64,000 nt of DNA from an uncultured Methanosarcinaceae archaeon (GTDB taxonomy: Archaea; Halobacteriota; Methanosarcinia; Methanosarcinales; Methanosarcinaceae). The first letter of the stretch is position 1. The number at the start of each line of letters is the position of its first letter. The notes beneath the pieces are model-generated. The model made no database searches, was not told the DNA's origin, and saw nothing but the letters and a program-made list of their open reading frames with translations. This document shows, piece by piece, positions 47,543 to 57,284 of the stretch. The stretch covers positions 96,001 to 160,000 of the forward strand of contig CAWHXP010000006.1 of the NCBI GenBank assembly GCA_963833425.1, in the 5' to 3' direction. A program made the translations under genes and the position numbers.

Positions 47543-47885
47543 CGATTGTGGGGAGATTTAAGGCACTTTCTTGATTGAGTTAAGTTATTCACTTCGGGTG
47601 AATTATACGTCTGTTGTAGGGGATGAGAGTAAGTCATCCATTCATTGTCTGATAAAGGTTTCTGTCTATCATAGTTCATGAAATCGGGACTACATAATTT
47701 AATACTAATTACTTTACGTTCGTATAATATATTCAGAAAAGTATATAATTAATTAAATTTAATTTTGTTTAATAAATTTCCCCGTATATCAAATGAATGC
47801 AAAATCTAGCTGTAGGCATCCCCTTCGTCTGCAGCTCATAAGATTACCCTTTTTACATCTAAAATCAGCTGGATCACCTAAGCTA
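47543..47885 (+). repeat. Repeat A copy 1 (TATA-hairpin-oligo(T) module)
   Basis: 27-mer CGATTGTGGGGAGATTTAAGGCACTTT identical to 54149-54175; homologous to 61640-61836. Confidence 0.8.
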
Positions 47886-48030
47886 ATAATATGAATTTGG
47901 ATTCCATAATCATGGAAAATTATACTAAAATATTAAATGAATAAGGGAGATTTTGATTTCCCCACAATTCTTTTAGAACAGGATCGATACAATTTATAAC
48001 AAATTATTTAACAATTCTTCAGTTAGATAT

Positions 48031-48438
48031 CTACAATTTATCTCCATGACCAATTTTTGAATCGGTCAGCAAAAACAAAGGTTTTACTTCTGTATTACCA
48101 TCCTTATCGGTTATAGTGCAACCCAATTCATGAATAACACCAAGTTGTTGATCAAACTCAGCTATTTGCTCTTGCATTGTTTTTTCGTGTGATGTGAAAT
48201 ATCTATGTTTACCTGTTTTGTCAAAAAATACCGGAGTACACAAAAAAGAATGTTTCTCGATTGATGGGTCACAATCTACAATAAGTGCACTTGCGACTTT
48301 CCAAAGCTGTATCGTACCTTCTTCCCATTTACACCGACGATCTTGGAGATAGTCTTCGTTTAATTTCGGCATCATTTGCAATGCAAATTCTGGACTAATT
48401 TCTTGTCTATAGTCGTCAATGAAACTCATTTTACTCAC
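48031..48438 (-). CDS. Hypothetical protein, mobile-element associated
   Basis: 135 aa, overlaps the upstream HTH gene, GGTGA RBS. Confidence 0.7.
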   Translation of the reverse strand: MSKMSFIDDYRQEISPEFALQMMPKLNEDYLQDRRCKWEEGTIQLWKVASALIVDCDPSIEKHSFLCTPVFFDKTGKHRYFTSHEKTMQEQIAEFDQQLGVIHELGCTITDKDGNTEVKPLFLLTDSKIGHGDKL

Positions 48439-48655
48439 CTTTCACTTTCTGCCAACCATAACCGTCGCCTTCAATTTCTATTTTATTTACTTTACCTTCA
48501 TTTACAAGCTTATAAAGCATGTTTTTAGCAGTAGACCTGCTACATCCTACTAGGCTCATAATAGTAGCAGTGGACCTGATTCTATCAATTGATAGAGCAT
48601 TCAGAAACATATCTTCTGTAAATTTCTGTTGAAATCTTGTTTTACCACCTTTCAT
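48431..48655 (-). CDS. Small winged-HTH DNA-binding protein
   Basis: STATIMSLVGCSRSTAKNMLYKLVNEGKV..GYGW. Confidence 0.75.
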   Translation of the reverse strand: MKGGKTRFQQKFTEDMFLNALSIDRIRSTATIMSLVGCSRSTAKNMLYKLVNEGKVNKIEIEGDGYGWQKVKGE

Positions 48656-48870
48656 ATTATTCGATCTACCGCCCGTTAATTTTCAAGAAACTACGCTACT
48701 ATATACGATTTATTAGTATTTATACTTTTATTATCACTTAGTAATGGTAATGGTTATTGATAACATTTTGATGCTTGGATAGCTGGTTATGTAGAAAATT
48801 TTGATGAAAGAAATTTGAACGAAGAAATTTTAAAAATAGAACAGACAAAAAATTGATATTCAGGCTAACT

Positions 48871-49173
48871 CTGTTCGTTATGTATATTTCATATTAGAAG
48901 CAAGCCTTCCGCTATTATATTCCCCAAAGTTCCCAATTATTCCCGTTATTTTCCCATTATATTCCCATTAAAAATAATATAAAAACAATAACAAGGGATT
49001 GGAAAATCATAAAATAAGGGGAATTATATTCCCAAAATAAAAAAATGATATAGGATTTCATAAAGCAATATCTGAAATATTAGAATGTCAAAAAATATAG
49101 TTTTTTATTTCTTTCTTGCATTTTCGGGCTTTTGGGAATAAAATGTCAACTGATTGCGTTTCAATGGGAAAAT
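48871..49173. repeat. Repeat B copy 1 (origin-like iteron module, right array truncated)
   Basis: Five TTCCC units at 48920-48966, central GGGAATTATATTCCC; homologous to copies 2 and 3. Confidence 0.85.
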
Positions 49174-49325
49174 GAACGTCTTTCGCGTATTGAAACGAAA
49201 TCTTACCGTGCTTTCGCTTGCTAGGATGAGAGCTTTAACGACGACAAAACCACAGTGACATACTTTGTCTGATAAAAATATATTTCTCCCCTGAGCATGA
49301 CTGCTCATTGGAAAAGTATACATGG

Positions 49326-51083
49326 TTATTCATACCGATGTGGTGGTAGCAGTAGCCAGGTAATTCGCCCCACTTCATGCTCATTGTAAAGTTGACGAAT
49401 GACAATCTTCTGTGGCGTTTGGTGCAACTCTGTCGGGATTTGTACAAGCATATGGCTTGCGGCCACAGTCCCGGCTGGCAATTCGATTCGGCCAAGATTA
49501 TGACTGCCTTGTGGATGCACCGGTATACGCAAGCGTTGTAGGTTCCCTGGATCCGTTTCCGTGTCCTGGTACTTCTCCATCCGCGAAGGAAGTGGTTCCA
49601 GCCCATTGCCAATCCAATGTGGAACTTGCAGGGCAAGATTGCTTTTCACGGGGAGTTCGGCGTGTGTTTCCAGGGTAAAGGTATGTGGTTGGTCCCAAGC
49701 TCCTGTGATGTGAAAGGGCAGAGGAGTGAAGTTGTTCCAGGGTGGCTTGGGTGAAGGGTGCAGACTCGGAAAGACAACATTGAAATTGCGCCACGTTATG
49801 TTATTGTTAGCATAAATATAGTCCACGAAGTCATTGAAGGTCGCAAAATTCGATGGATTGGGCGCTGGTGCATCGGCATTTCCTACCGTAGCGACGAAAC
49901 AATAGTGGCCTGCACCGGGAACTCGATCTGCCGGCCAGATAATACCGGGATCGGAAACTTCAACTACGCTTCCTGCCGGTACGTCCGGATAATATGCGGA
50001 GCCGATAAGGTTCCATAGGTTCGGAGTTACCAGCGTTGCTGGCGGCGACCAGTAGACCGTTGCAAAGACATTGGATGCATCCGATCCTCGGTTCCAGGCA
50101 CGCACATAAACGTAATTGGCCTGTCCTGTGACGACATTAGTGTCGCTCTCTGTATCGCTGTTGATTGATACTGAGGTTGAGAAGGTCGTCTGAGGATCAG
50201 AAACCGGATTGTTTTTTAGGATGATGTCTGGGCTATCAGATAGAGATCCAGTATGGGACGTACCATCATCGGCAAGGTTGTGGCGGGTAAAGAGAACCGG
50301 AACCTGCAGGGGCTTTGCGCCCAGCGGGAAGGGATCGTCGGTCGGTTCGGGAGACTGACCCAAACTGGTTGGCTGAGATGGCAGACTCGTGCCGGGTGGT
50401 ATGTAAGTTTCAATCAGCGTCGAAAAATTCGGCCATGGGTTTTGCACCCCAAGAATCTCGGCGGTTTCGGCGAGAGTGTTTTTCGTTGGGCCCCCAGCTC
50501 CGATGATGTCCGGCCAACGCAGTTTCACCTGATAGGCAAGGTAGTTCAAAAATAGTGATCCGCAACCTATAGAGACATAATCCTGATCGGTATGAAAGAC
50601 GTTGTCAACCCAGTTCGATCGTGCCGGGTTTTGCGATGTCGAAACACCATTGAGCCAAGAATCACCTGTGCAAAACAGCCAAGCTCGGTTGGGATAGAGA
50701 ATCTGGCCACAAACACGCGAGAGAGCTTCGCCATTGCTCCAAGAGGGAATCCAGCCTTTTGTCTGTTGATTCATAAAGATCTCGGCTTCTTCGGCGGCCA
50801 CCAACCCAGGCAACCCCAATGGCTCAGTGCTCAGATTGCAGTAGCAGTAAATATTATTCAAAAGGTCGTTGCTGGCTCCCCCATTACCTGGAACGAGTTG
50901 GATCTTGATCGGAAGTGACGATGGCATGATATTGCCGAACAGTTTGCTGAGTCGCGCAAGATCATACTCACAATAATCGAGTACGCCTTGTGCCAACGCA
51001 ACGCCGTCCGGTTGTCCACTACCGGTAAAAGAACTGTCATACAAAACAACGAAATTCTTGGTAGTTCCGTAATTTATCATCAT
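49326..51083 (-). CDS. 585-aa foreign-looking protein: degenerate zincin-like N-terminal domain plus beta-rich C-terminal domain
   Basis: Intact ORF, GGAG RBS, visibly GC-richer than the host; AEEAEIF..NGEALSR; SPDI, YVYVRAWNRG, GHYCFV, NNNITWRN. Confidence 0.75.
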   Translation of the reverse strand: MMINYGTTKNFVVLYDSSFTGSGQPDGVALAQGVLDYCEYDLARLSKLFGNIMPSSLPIKIQLVPGNGGASNDLLNNIYCYCNLSTEPLGLPGLVAAEEAEIFMNQQTKGWIPSWSNGEALSRVCGQILYPNRAWLFCTGDSWLNGVSTSQNPARSNWVDNVFHTDQDYVSIGCGSLFLNYLAYQVKLRWPDIIGAGGPTKNTLAETAEILGVQNPWPNFSTLIETYIPPGTSLPSQPTSLGQSPEPTDDPFPLGAKPLQVPVLFTRHNLADDGTSHTGSLSDSPDIILKNNPVSDPQTTFSTSVSINSDTESDTNVVTGQANYVYVRAWNRGSDASNVFATVYWSPPATLVTPNLWNLIGSAYYPDVPAGSVVEVSDPGIIWPADRVPGAGHYCFVATVGNADAPAPNPSNFATFNDFVDYIYANNNITWRNFNVVFPSLHPSPKPPWNNFTPLPFHITGAWDQPHTFTLETHAELPVKSNLALQVPHWIGNGLEPLPSRMEKYQDTETDPGNLQRLRIPVHPQGSHNLGRIELPAGTVAASHMLVQIPTELHQTPQKIVIRQLYNEHEVGRITWLLLPPHRYE

Positions 51084-51393
51084 GATTGACTCTCCTTGTA
51101 TCAGAAATTCCGTTACTAGATTGCTAACAGGCTCGATGTAAATCGCTACCGCAGCATTATTGAGTGGATGATTTCTGCTTAGGTGTGCTCAGCAATTATT
51201 TCAGAACACTATTGGATGTCCGTCGAAATACACAAAATTCACTGATTTGTGAAAAAAGTATAATTTTTAATCTATATAAATAGTAGTTCCGATTTTGCTG
51301 TATTTCCAAAGAACTGGTAGCCCACTTTCATAGAGTTTATATTATATTAATAAACTATAATTATATCTATGGAAAAAGGATCCAAAGCACCGT

Positions 51394-51600
51394 TTACTGA
51401 AGTTGCTTTCCAATTGCAGAAATTATCTTAATGCCACTACCATTTGCTGTTGCATACACTTCATTGGTTACATTACCGGAAAAGAATAGTACTGCCCGGA
51501 GTGACAGGGAAAAATCTTGTGTAGATAGATGTTGTTGTAACACTTTGACCTGGATTAAGACTAGTAATTTCGGGTATGGAGAGATTGAAGGCATTTTGCT
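51394..51600 (-). pseudogene. Fragment of a cell-surface Ig-like (DUF11-like) domain
   Basis: SLNPGQSVTTT..YT and GNVTNEVYATA in adjacent frames. Confidence 0.45.
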
Positions 51601-51710
51601 GAGTCTCATCGGGTATATTGAAGTCTAAAACGAACCGATCGAAAAGATTGAAGAATAATGGTAGCATTTTATTCAGAATTTTTTTTCTTATTATTAGATC
51701 AAAATAATGA

Positions 51711-52290
51711 ATTATAATTTTCAACCCATGAGCGTCTTTAATTTGAGATTTCACATAACAAAAATGGCATACTGCCAATCTAGTTTAAATAAGTTAAATC
51801 ACACTATAAATAGAAAAATGAGATATCTTAGGCTTTATGATTGTTCGTTTATGTCTATTTCTTATTGCAATTGTGTCTTCCGTTATTATATTCCCAATAG
51901 TTCCCAATTATTCCCGCTATTTTCCCATTATATTCCCATTAAAAATAATATAAAAACAATAACAAGGGGATTAAAATCATAAAAAAAAGGTGGATTATTT
52001 TCCCAAAATAAAAAAATGATATAGGATTTCATAAAGTAATATCCAAAATATTAGAATGTCAAAAAGTGTAATTTTCTATTTCTTTCTTGCATTTTGGGGG
52101 TTTTGGGAACAAAATGCCAACTGATTACGTTTTAATGGGAAAATAATGGGAATATTTTGGAAAAAAAGGGAAAATTGGGGAATAAAATAATCAGTTGCCG
52201 TTGTGCATAGATCAAGTATCCTTCAGGAAGATAAATTCCTTATCAAATAAGGACCATAAATTAAACTTTGATGTATCTATGCTGAACTTA
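51711..52290. repeat. Repeat B copy 2 plus 3' remnant of the Rep-like gene
   Basis: TTCCC x5 (51891-51937) and GGGAA-like x5 (52137-52182); minus strand 52212-52289 reads KFSIDTSKFNLWSLFDKEFIFLKDT*. Confidence 0.9.
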
Positions 52291-52904
52291 GTGGGATAAA
52301 TGGTTTAGACCGTATCTTTGGTAGATGATTTTGGTGACCGTGGTGAGTATGGCAGCTGTCGTGATAGATCCCATGACATAGACAATGGCGGATTATGTGG
52401 ATTTGTAGGTCGTATTGATTTATTTGATTGTCTTTCATTAATTATATACATTTTATTTCTATCATTAGATTTTATTCGGAATTATTTGGCATTTTTACTG
52501 ACTAAATCTAATTAATTTTGGGATTTACTTGGTAATTTATAGCCAAGCTTGGTAATTGTTTGATCTAAAATTGAAACACATTGATCTTTATGCTTTAAGT
52601 CAATCAGGCCAATTTTTAACAGAAGCGATAATCAAAGGACTTGGGTTAGTCCAGACTATGCAGGAAGCAACCAATAACAGTAATGAGAAATTATATCTAT
52701 TAGCGCTGCAAGAAGCCAGGATCAGAGAGCCGTAAGGCAAAGCAAAATCAAAGATAACGTATAAATGTCAAAGATAATGATGAACTCTAATAAGCGAGAA
52801 TAGATGCTGAGAACTCCAATCAAAGTACTTCACGGCCAGATGAGCATTAAGGATGAACACCTGCACACCAATGACGAGCAGGTAGAAAAGCTAAATGAGA
52901 ACAT

Positions 52905-53825
52905 TCAGTTATCTGTTTCGAAACTTATCATAATTACTGAAAATAATATCAAAATAGCACCAATAATTTGCCAAAATTTAAGTGATTCTTGTAGAACTAA
53001 AGCCCCCATTAATAAAACGCTAATTGGTTCGACCAGTAACAATATTCCAGCTTGTGATGCTTTTAATCGTTCTAATCCTTTATTAAGGAGGACATAAGGT
53101 AAAAATGTAGCAATAACACTTAAACCAACTAATAAAATCAATGCATTAGAAGGTAATGTAGTTCTAAAATTTATAATAAGTTTTTCACTTGTAATTAGTT
53201 TTATTATTAACCAACTGGGAAATAGCCACATCAATGCAGGAATAAATGACCAAAATGTTGTTGCTACAAAACTATATTCCTTTTTAACTCCTACATAACG
53301 ACCTGAAATTATATATGAAGCATAGAAAAAACCATTTAGAATTGCTAGAAAATAACCTATAAGTTGTTTATTTGCAACTGTATTGATCATCCATATTTGC
53401 AAAATCAATGCAACTCCAATAAGTGACAGAAAAGCTGACGTTAATCGTGTAAATGTGATTTTCTCATCTAAAATATATTTGCTCAATATTATTACAAAAA
53501 AAGGCTGGGTGTATGTCAAAAAGACTGCTTCACTTGCTAAAATTCCCAGTGATATTGAAGATAAATATGTCAAATGCGACATTGTTATAAAAAAACCAAA
53601 ACAAATAAAAGTAGAAACATCTGTTTTTTTTAACTTAATTAATTTATATCCATTAAATATCAATATTAAACATAATAATATTAGTATAGAAATGGCTAGC
53701 CTAAAAAAAACTTGTTGAAATGATGACACTTCAAATAGGCGCAAAAATACTGAGAATATTGGAATCGTCCCAAAAAGGAAACCACTCAACAAAATTTCTA
53801 TTCTGCTATTATTTTTAGAGTTCAT
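52905..53825 (-). CDS. EamA/DMT family transporter
   Basis: About ten TM segments, YTQPFFV..LDEKIT, LLVEPI..VLQESL; very AT-rich. Confidence 0.9.
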   Translation of the reverse strand: MNSKNNSRIEILLSGFLFGTIPIFSVFLRLFEVSSFQQVFFRLAISILILLCLILIFNGYKLIKLKKTDVSTFICFGFFITMSHLTYLSSISLGILASEAVFLTYTQPFFVIILSKYILDEKITFTRLTSAFLSLIGVALILQIWMINTVANKQLIGYFLAILNGFFYASYIISGRYVGVKKEYSFVATTFWSFIPALMWLFPSWLIIKLITSEKLIINFRTTLPSNALILLVGLSVIATFLPYVLLNKGLERLKASQAGILLLVEPISVLLMGALVLQESLKFWQIIGAILILFSVIMISFETDN

Positions 53826-54148
53826 TTAATCTTCCAAATATTATTATAATATTTGTTTAAATTATTACTTACAAGATTTATTAATTCTACTAGATGTGGG
53901 ATTTAGATCCTATTTGAAAAATCATAATAATTAATCAGTCTTGTTTGTCTACACAAAGTTGCAGGAATCTCTGACCAACTAAGCAAATAGGCTGCCGAAC
54001 AAGTCGATGGTTACCTATGCTACCGTTCGGTAATGAATATTTAAAAGAAACGAGAATCAAATTAGAGTATGAATTTCAAGAGCTAATTTGAGATCATATG
54101 CTTAAATACATACTTAAATAAAAGTAATATTATAAAATGTATGAAGAT

Positions 54149-54495
54149 CGATTGTGGGGAGATTTAAGGCACTTTTTCGAGTGAGCTAGGGCATTAACTT
54201 AAAATTAATTATTAGCATGTTGTAGGGCCTGAGATTAATTTATTTATTGAATAGTATTAAACAGCTACCTTATGTTGTAATTGCGAGATATGGAACATGT
54301 AATTTAAATTACTAATTAGTTTAAGGTTCACTATTTAGAGTATGTGGAAAAAATATATAATAAATTAAATTTAGTCCTAATTCAAAGGTCTACCCTCCCT
54401 TCAACCAATCCTTCTATGGACTGCAGGCACTGATTTACTTGCAGTTCATAAAGATCAACTTTTTAAATATTCCTGATCAGGATAAATCCTTAAAG
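54149..54495 (+). repeat. Repeat A copy 2
   Basis: Shared 27-mer, AAAAATATATAA, hairpin 54420-54445, T5 at 54460. Confidence 0.8.
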
Positions 54496-54549
54496 TCCGT
54501 ATAAATCTGTTTCTGCTTATTTTTGTAGTATTAATGTTGGAGATATAGT

Positions 54550-54740
54550 AGGAACCTACAGCGTCTCATTATTGAAGTGTAGAACCCTGTAAAAGCTATC
54601 AGGGAAACAACCAATTTTCAGGGAGACGTTTTCACAAAACCTGTTGCTAAAGCAATGATTGCAATCACTCCAAACGCAGTTCGAAAAAGGAGAGCAAAGC
54701 CACCTACATTTTCTTCCAGAAACAATATTTTGAGATCCGT
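54550..54740 (-). pseudogene. DUF2892/YgaP-like small membrane protein pseudogene
   Basis: (ACG)DLKILFLEENVGGFALLFR..SP*KLVVSL..MRRC; probable start mutation and an internal stop. Confidence 0.6.
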
Positions 54741-54931
54741 CGGATAAACCCCCTTATAATTCGTCCTATTCATATATTATATATCACTTATACAGTGTCT
54801 ATAATGTATAGTGTTATTCTGTTTTGATATGTTCCTGCTCTGTTTGTATTAGGTCTATCAAGAAGAAATGATTATAGGGTTACTTAGGGCATTTTCTAGA
54901 GATTTTCTTTCGATAGTTGCATATATTTTGT

Positions 54932-55993
54932 TCATGAACCGATGTTTTTGGCCTCTTTAAGGTTTTTTTCCTTCAAAGCTTGCTTTATTGGAGGGGTAAT
55001 AAGGGGCTTTTCTTTGATCAATCCATCGGGTTTGTAGTAGAGTATCATCAGCATTATCATTCCAAACAATATATATTCAAGCCAGGTGGCTTCGAAAGGT
55101 AGCTGGAGTATGCTCCTGATCTCAAATTTATATACAGTTAGGGAGACCTTTGTGAGAACAAAAAAGAGTACTCCCAGTGCTACACCCTTATTATTTCCCC
55201 TGCCTCCTAAAAGAACCATGAGGAATGGAAAAAATGTCCATTCAACCCTGGAGAAAGTGGAAGCTATAACATTCATGCTGTAAAAGGAATACAGTGCTCC
55301 AGCTAGTGCTGCTATGCTCGAACCCAGAGCTGCAGTCTTCATTCTGAGAACAAGAATATCCTTGCCAAAAGCCCGAACGACGTCTTCGTTTTCCCTCATT
55401 GCCTTCAAAAGCCTGCCGTAGGGTGAGGTGAGAATTTTGTCTACAAAAAGATAAACTATTAGCGCTGTACCAAAGATCAGAAGTGTAACATAAATGATCC
55501 GCCACTCTCCTGGTATCCATGCTAATACATTAGGAACGCTTACACCATAATAGCCCCCTATTATGGAGGTATCGTAATTTGAGACTTGATATAGAACCTC
55601 ACTCATTGCAAGTAGAGCAATTGAAAGGTACTCATTTTTTAGTTTTGCGCTAGGAAGGATGAAAAGAATACCCGCCATAGCGCCTATAAAAGCAGCTAAC
55701 AGAAGAGAGAGTACAAGAATGCACATTCCCAAAAGCGGATTGTGGGAAATCATCGTATTCATGGTGCTCTTAACAATTCCGCTTGCTTCTACAATTTCTC
55801 CATCTAAGCCCAAAAGGAGCATGAGAACATGATTCATAACATACCCAACAGTTATGGCTCCGATAAGAACAGCCATAGCTCTACCAAAATTGGGAATGCC
55901 AGCGTAACCATACTCAACATTCAGGCTGAGTGCAACTATGAGGTATATGGAGAACCATAGTACTATATCTAAGAAGAAGTATGCCATCTCCAC
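54932..55993 (-). CDS. Branched-chain amino acid ABC permease (LivM-like)
   Basis: LNVEYGYAGIPNFG, SPYGRLLKAMRENE, LGGRGN. Confidence 0.92.
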   Translation of the reverse strand: MEMAYFFLDIVLWFSIYLIVALSLNVEYGYAGIPNFGRAMAVLIGAITVGYVMNHVLMLLLGLDGEIVEASGIVKSTMNTMISHNPLLGMCILVLSLLLAAFIGAMAGILFILPSAKLKNEYLSIALLAMSEVLYQVSNYDTSIIGGYYGVSVPNVLAWIPGEWRIIYVTLLIFGTALIVYLFVDKILTSPYGRLLKAMRENEDVVRAFGKDILVLRMKTAALGSSIAALAGALYSFYSMNVIASTFSRVEWTFFPFLMVLLGGRGNNKGVALGVLFFVLTKVSLTVYKFEIRSILQLPFEATWLEYILFGMIMLMILYYKPDGLIKEKPLITPPIKQALKEKNLKEAKNIGS

Positions 55994-56892
55994 TTTTTAT
56001 TCCTCCATATACTCAGCCCTGCAATTCCCATGGGAGCGATTATTAAAGTTATCACGAGCATAATAAGGGAAACCACTTTGCTATATACCAGAATACCAGA
56101 TCCTAAAAAAGTTGATAGATAAAAAGTTACAAGCGATTCCGACATTCCTATAATATACCCTCCAGCCAAGGCACCGTAGATGCTACTCAAACCGCCCACG
56201 ACGCTTGCCGCAAAAATGGAGACTATTATTATTGTTCCAGTTAAAGGTTCTATCTCTTGACGGAAAGGCAACATGCTCCCCGCAACGGCGGCTAAGGAGC
56301 CGGAGAGGAACCAGGAAAACAGGCGGGTATGCTCTACATTCACCCCCATTATTTCAGCCAGAGTTGGATTTTCCATAGAAGCCCGCAAAGCTATGCCGAA
56401 TTTCGTTCTGTAAAGGAGCAAAAACAAGGCTAGAAGTAGCAATAAAATTATAAAACTTGAAATAACAAGTACTGCTTCTATACCAAAGAGTTTGAAATCG
56501 ATGGGCGTGAAAATGAACTTTGTCGTTGCCATTCGAGTGATGCTACCCAATGTTTCAGAGTATGCACCAAGTATGCCGATAAATATTATATCTACAGCCA
56601 GGGTGGCAATCATAAGCATGACCACTGTCGCCTCTTTTTTTATCATTGGTTTGATAATCAGTACGTAGATCCCCACTCCAATCACACCTCCGAAAATGAA
56701 GGAGAGGGGGAGGGAGTAATAAGGATGCACCCCTAATATACGCCACAAAGTCAAGGAGAGATATGAACCGAATACGGCCATACTTCCTTGTGCAAAATTG
56801 GGTATGCCTGTGGTGATATAAGTGATCGTTAAACCTATGCTCAAAAGAACTAGAAGGTTTGAGTAAACAACTGCTCCTTCTAAAACGGCCAT
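55969..56892 (-). CDS. Branched-chain amino acid ABC permease (LivH-like)
   Basis: IGLT..NFAQG, RTKFGIALRA..N..LA..GVN, VGGLSSIYGA. Confidence 0.92.
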   Translation of the reverse strand: MAVLEGAVVYSNLLVLLSIGLTITYITTGIPNFAQGSMAVFGSYLSLTLWRILGVHPYYSLPLSFIFGGVIGVGIYVLIIKPMIKKEATVVMLMIATLAVDIIFIGILGAYSETLGSITRMATTKFIFTPIDFKLFGIEAVLVISSFIILLLLLALFLLLYRTKFGIALRASMENPTLAEIMGVNVEHTRLFSWFLSGSLAAVAGSMLPFRQEIEPLTGTIIIVSIFAASVVGGLSSIYGALAGGYIIGMSESLVTFYLSTFLGSGILVYSKVVSLIMLVITLIIAPMGIAGLSIWRNKKWRWHTSS

Positions 56893-57284
56893 GTTATCCC
56901 CCACACATTAAAGTATATAAAATTGTCTTATGGTTTAGAAAATAAATATTTACACTTCAATAATTTTTTCGTTTATAGTAAATTCACAAATTAATTCATT
57001 TATATTCGATTAAGACATAAAATACTAAAAAATGTTATTTTTATGCTAAGTATATCTACCATTCAAGTTAAAAAATAACCACACTTGGTATTCAAAGTTG
57101 TGCATAAAATTCATTAACCTATGACAAATGCAAATCGATTACACATTTGAGCAACATATCTGGCATATAACTTGATTTATAACGTGAAAATATTTTTTTG
57201 TGCTTACCATGAAGATGAAAAAATTTAGTTATGGGACTATAGATAAGAAGAGCTAAAGTATAAAAAAGTGAGGATGTATAGAAT

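Noticed and set aside
51707..51982. ORFs inside repeat B (also 62138-62341, 62277-62513, 49105-49323)
   Set aside because: Reading frames are not consistently preserved among the three copies; the conserved feature is the DNA motif spacing.
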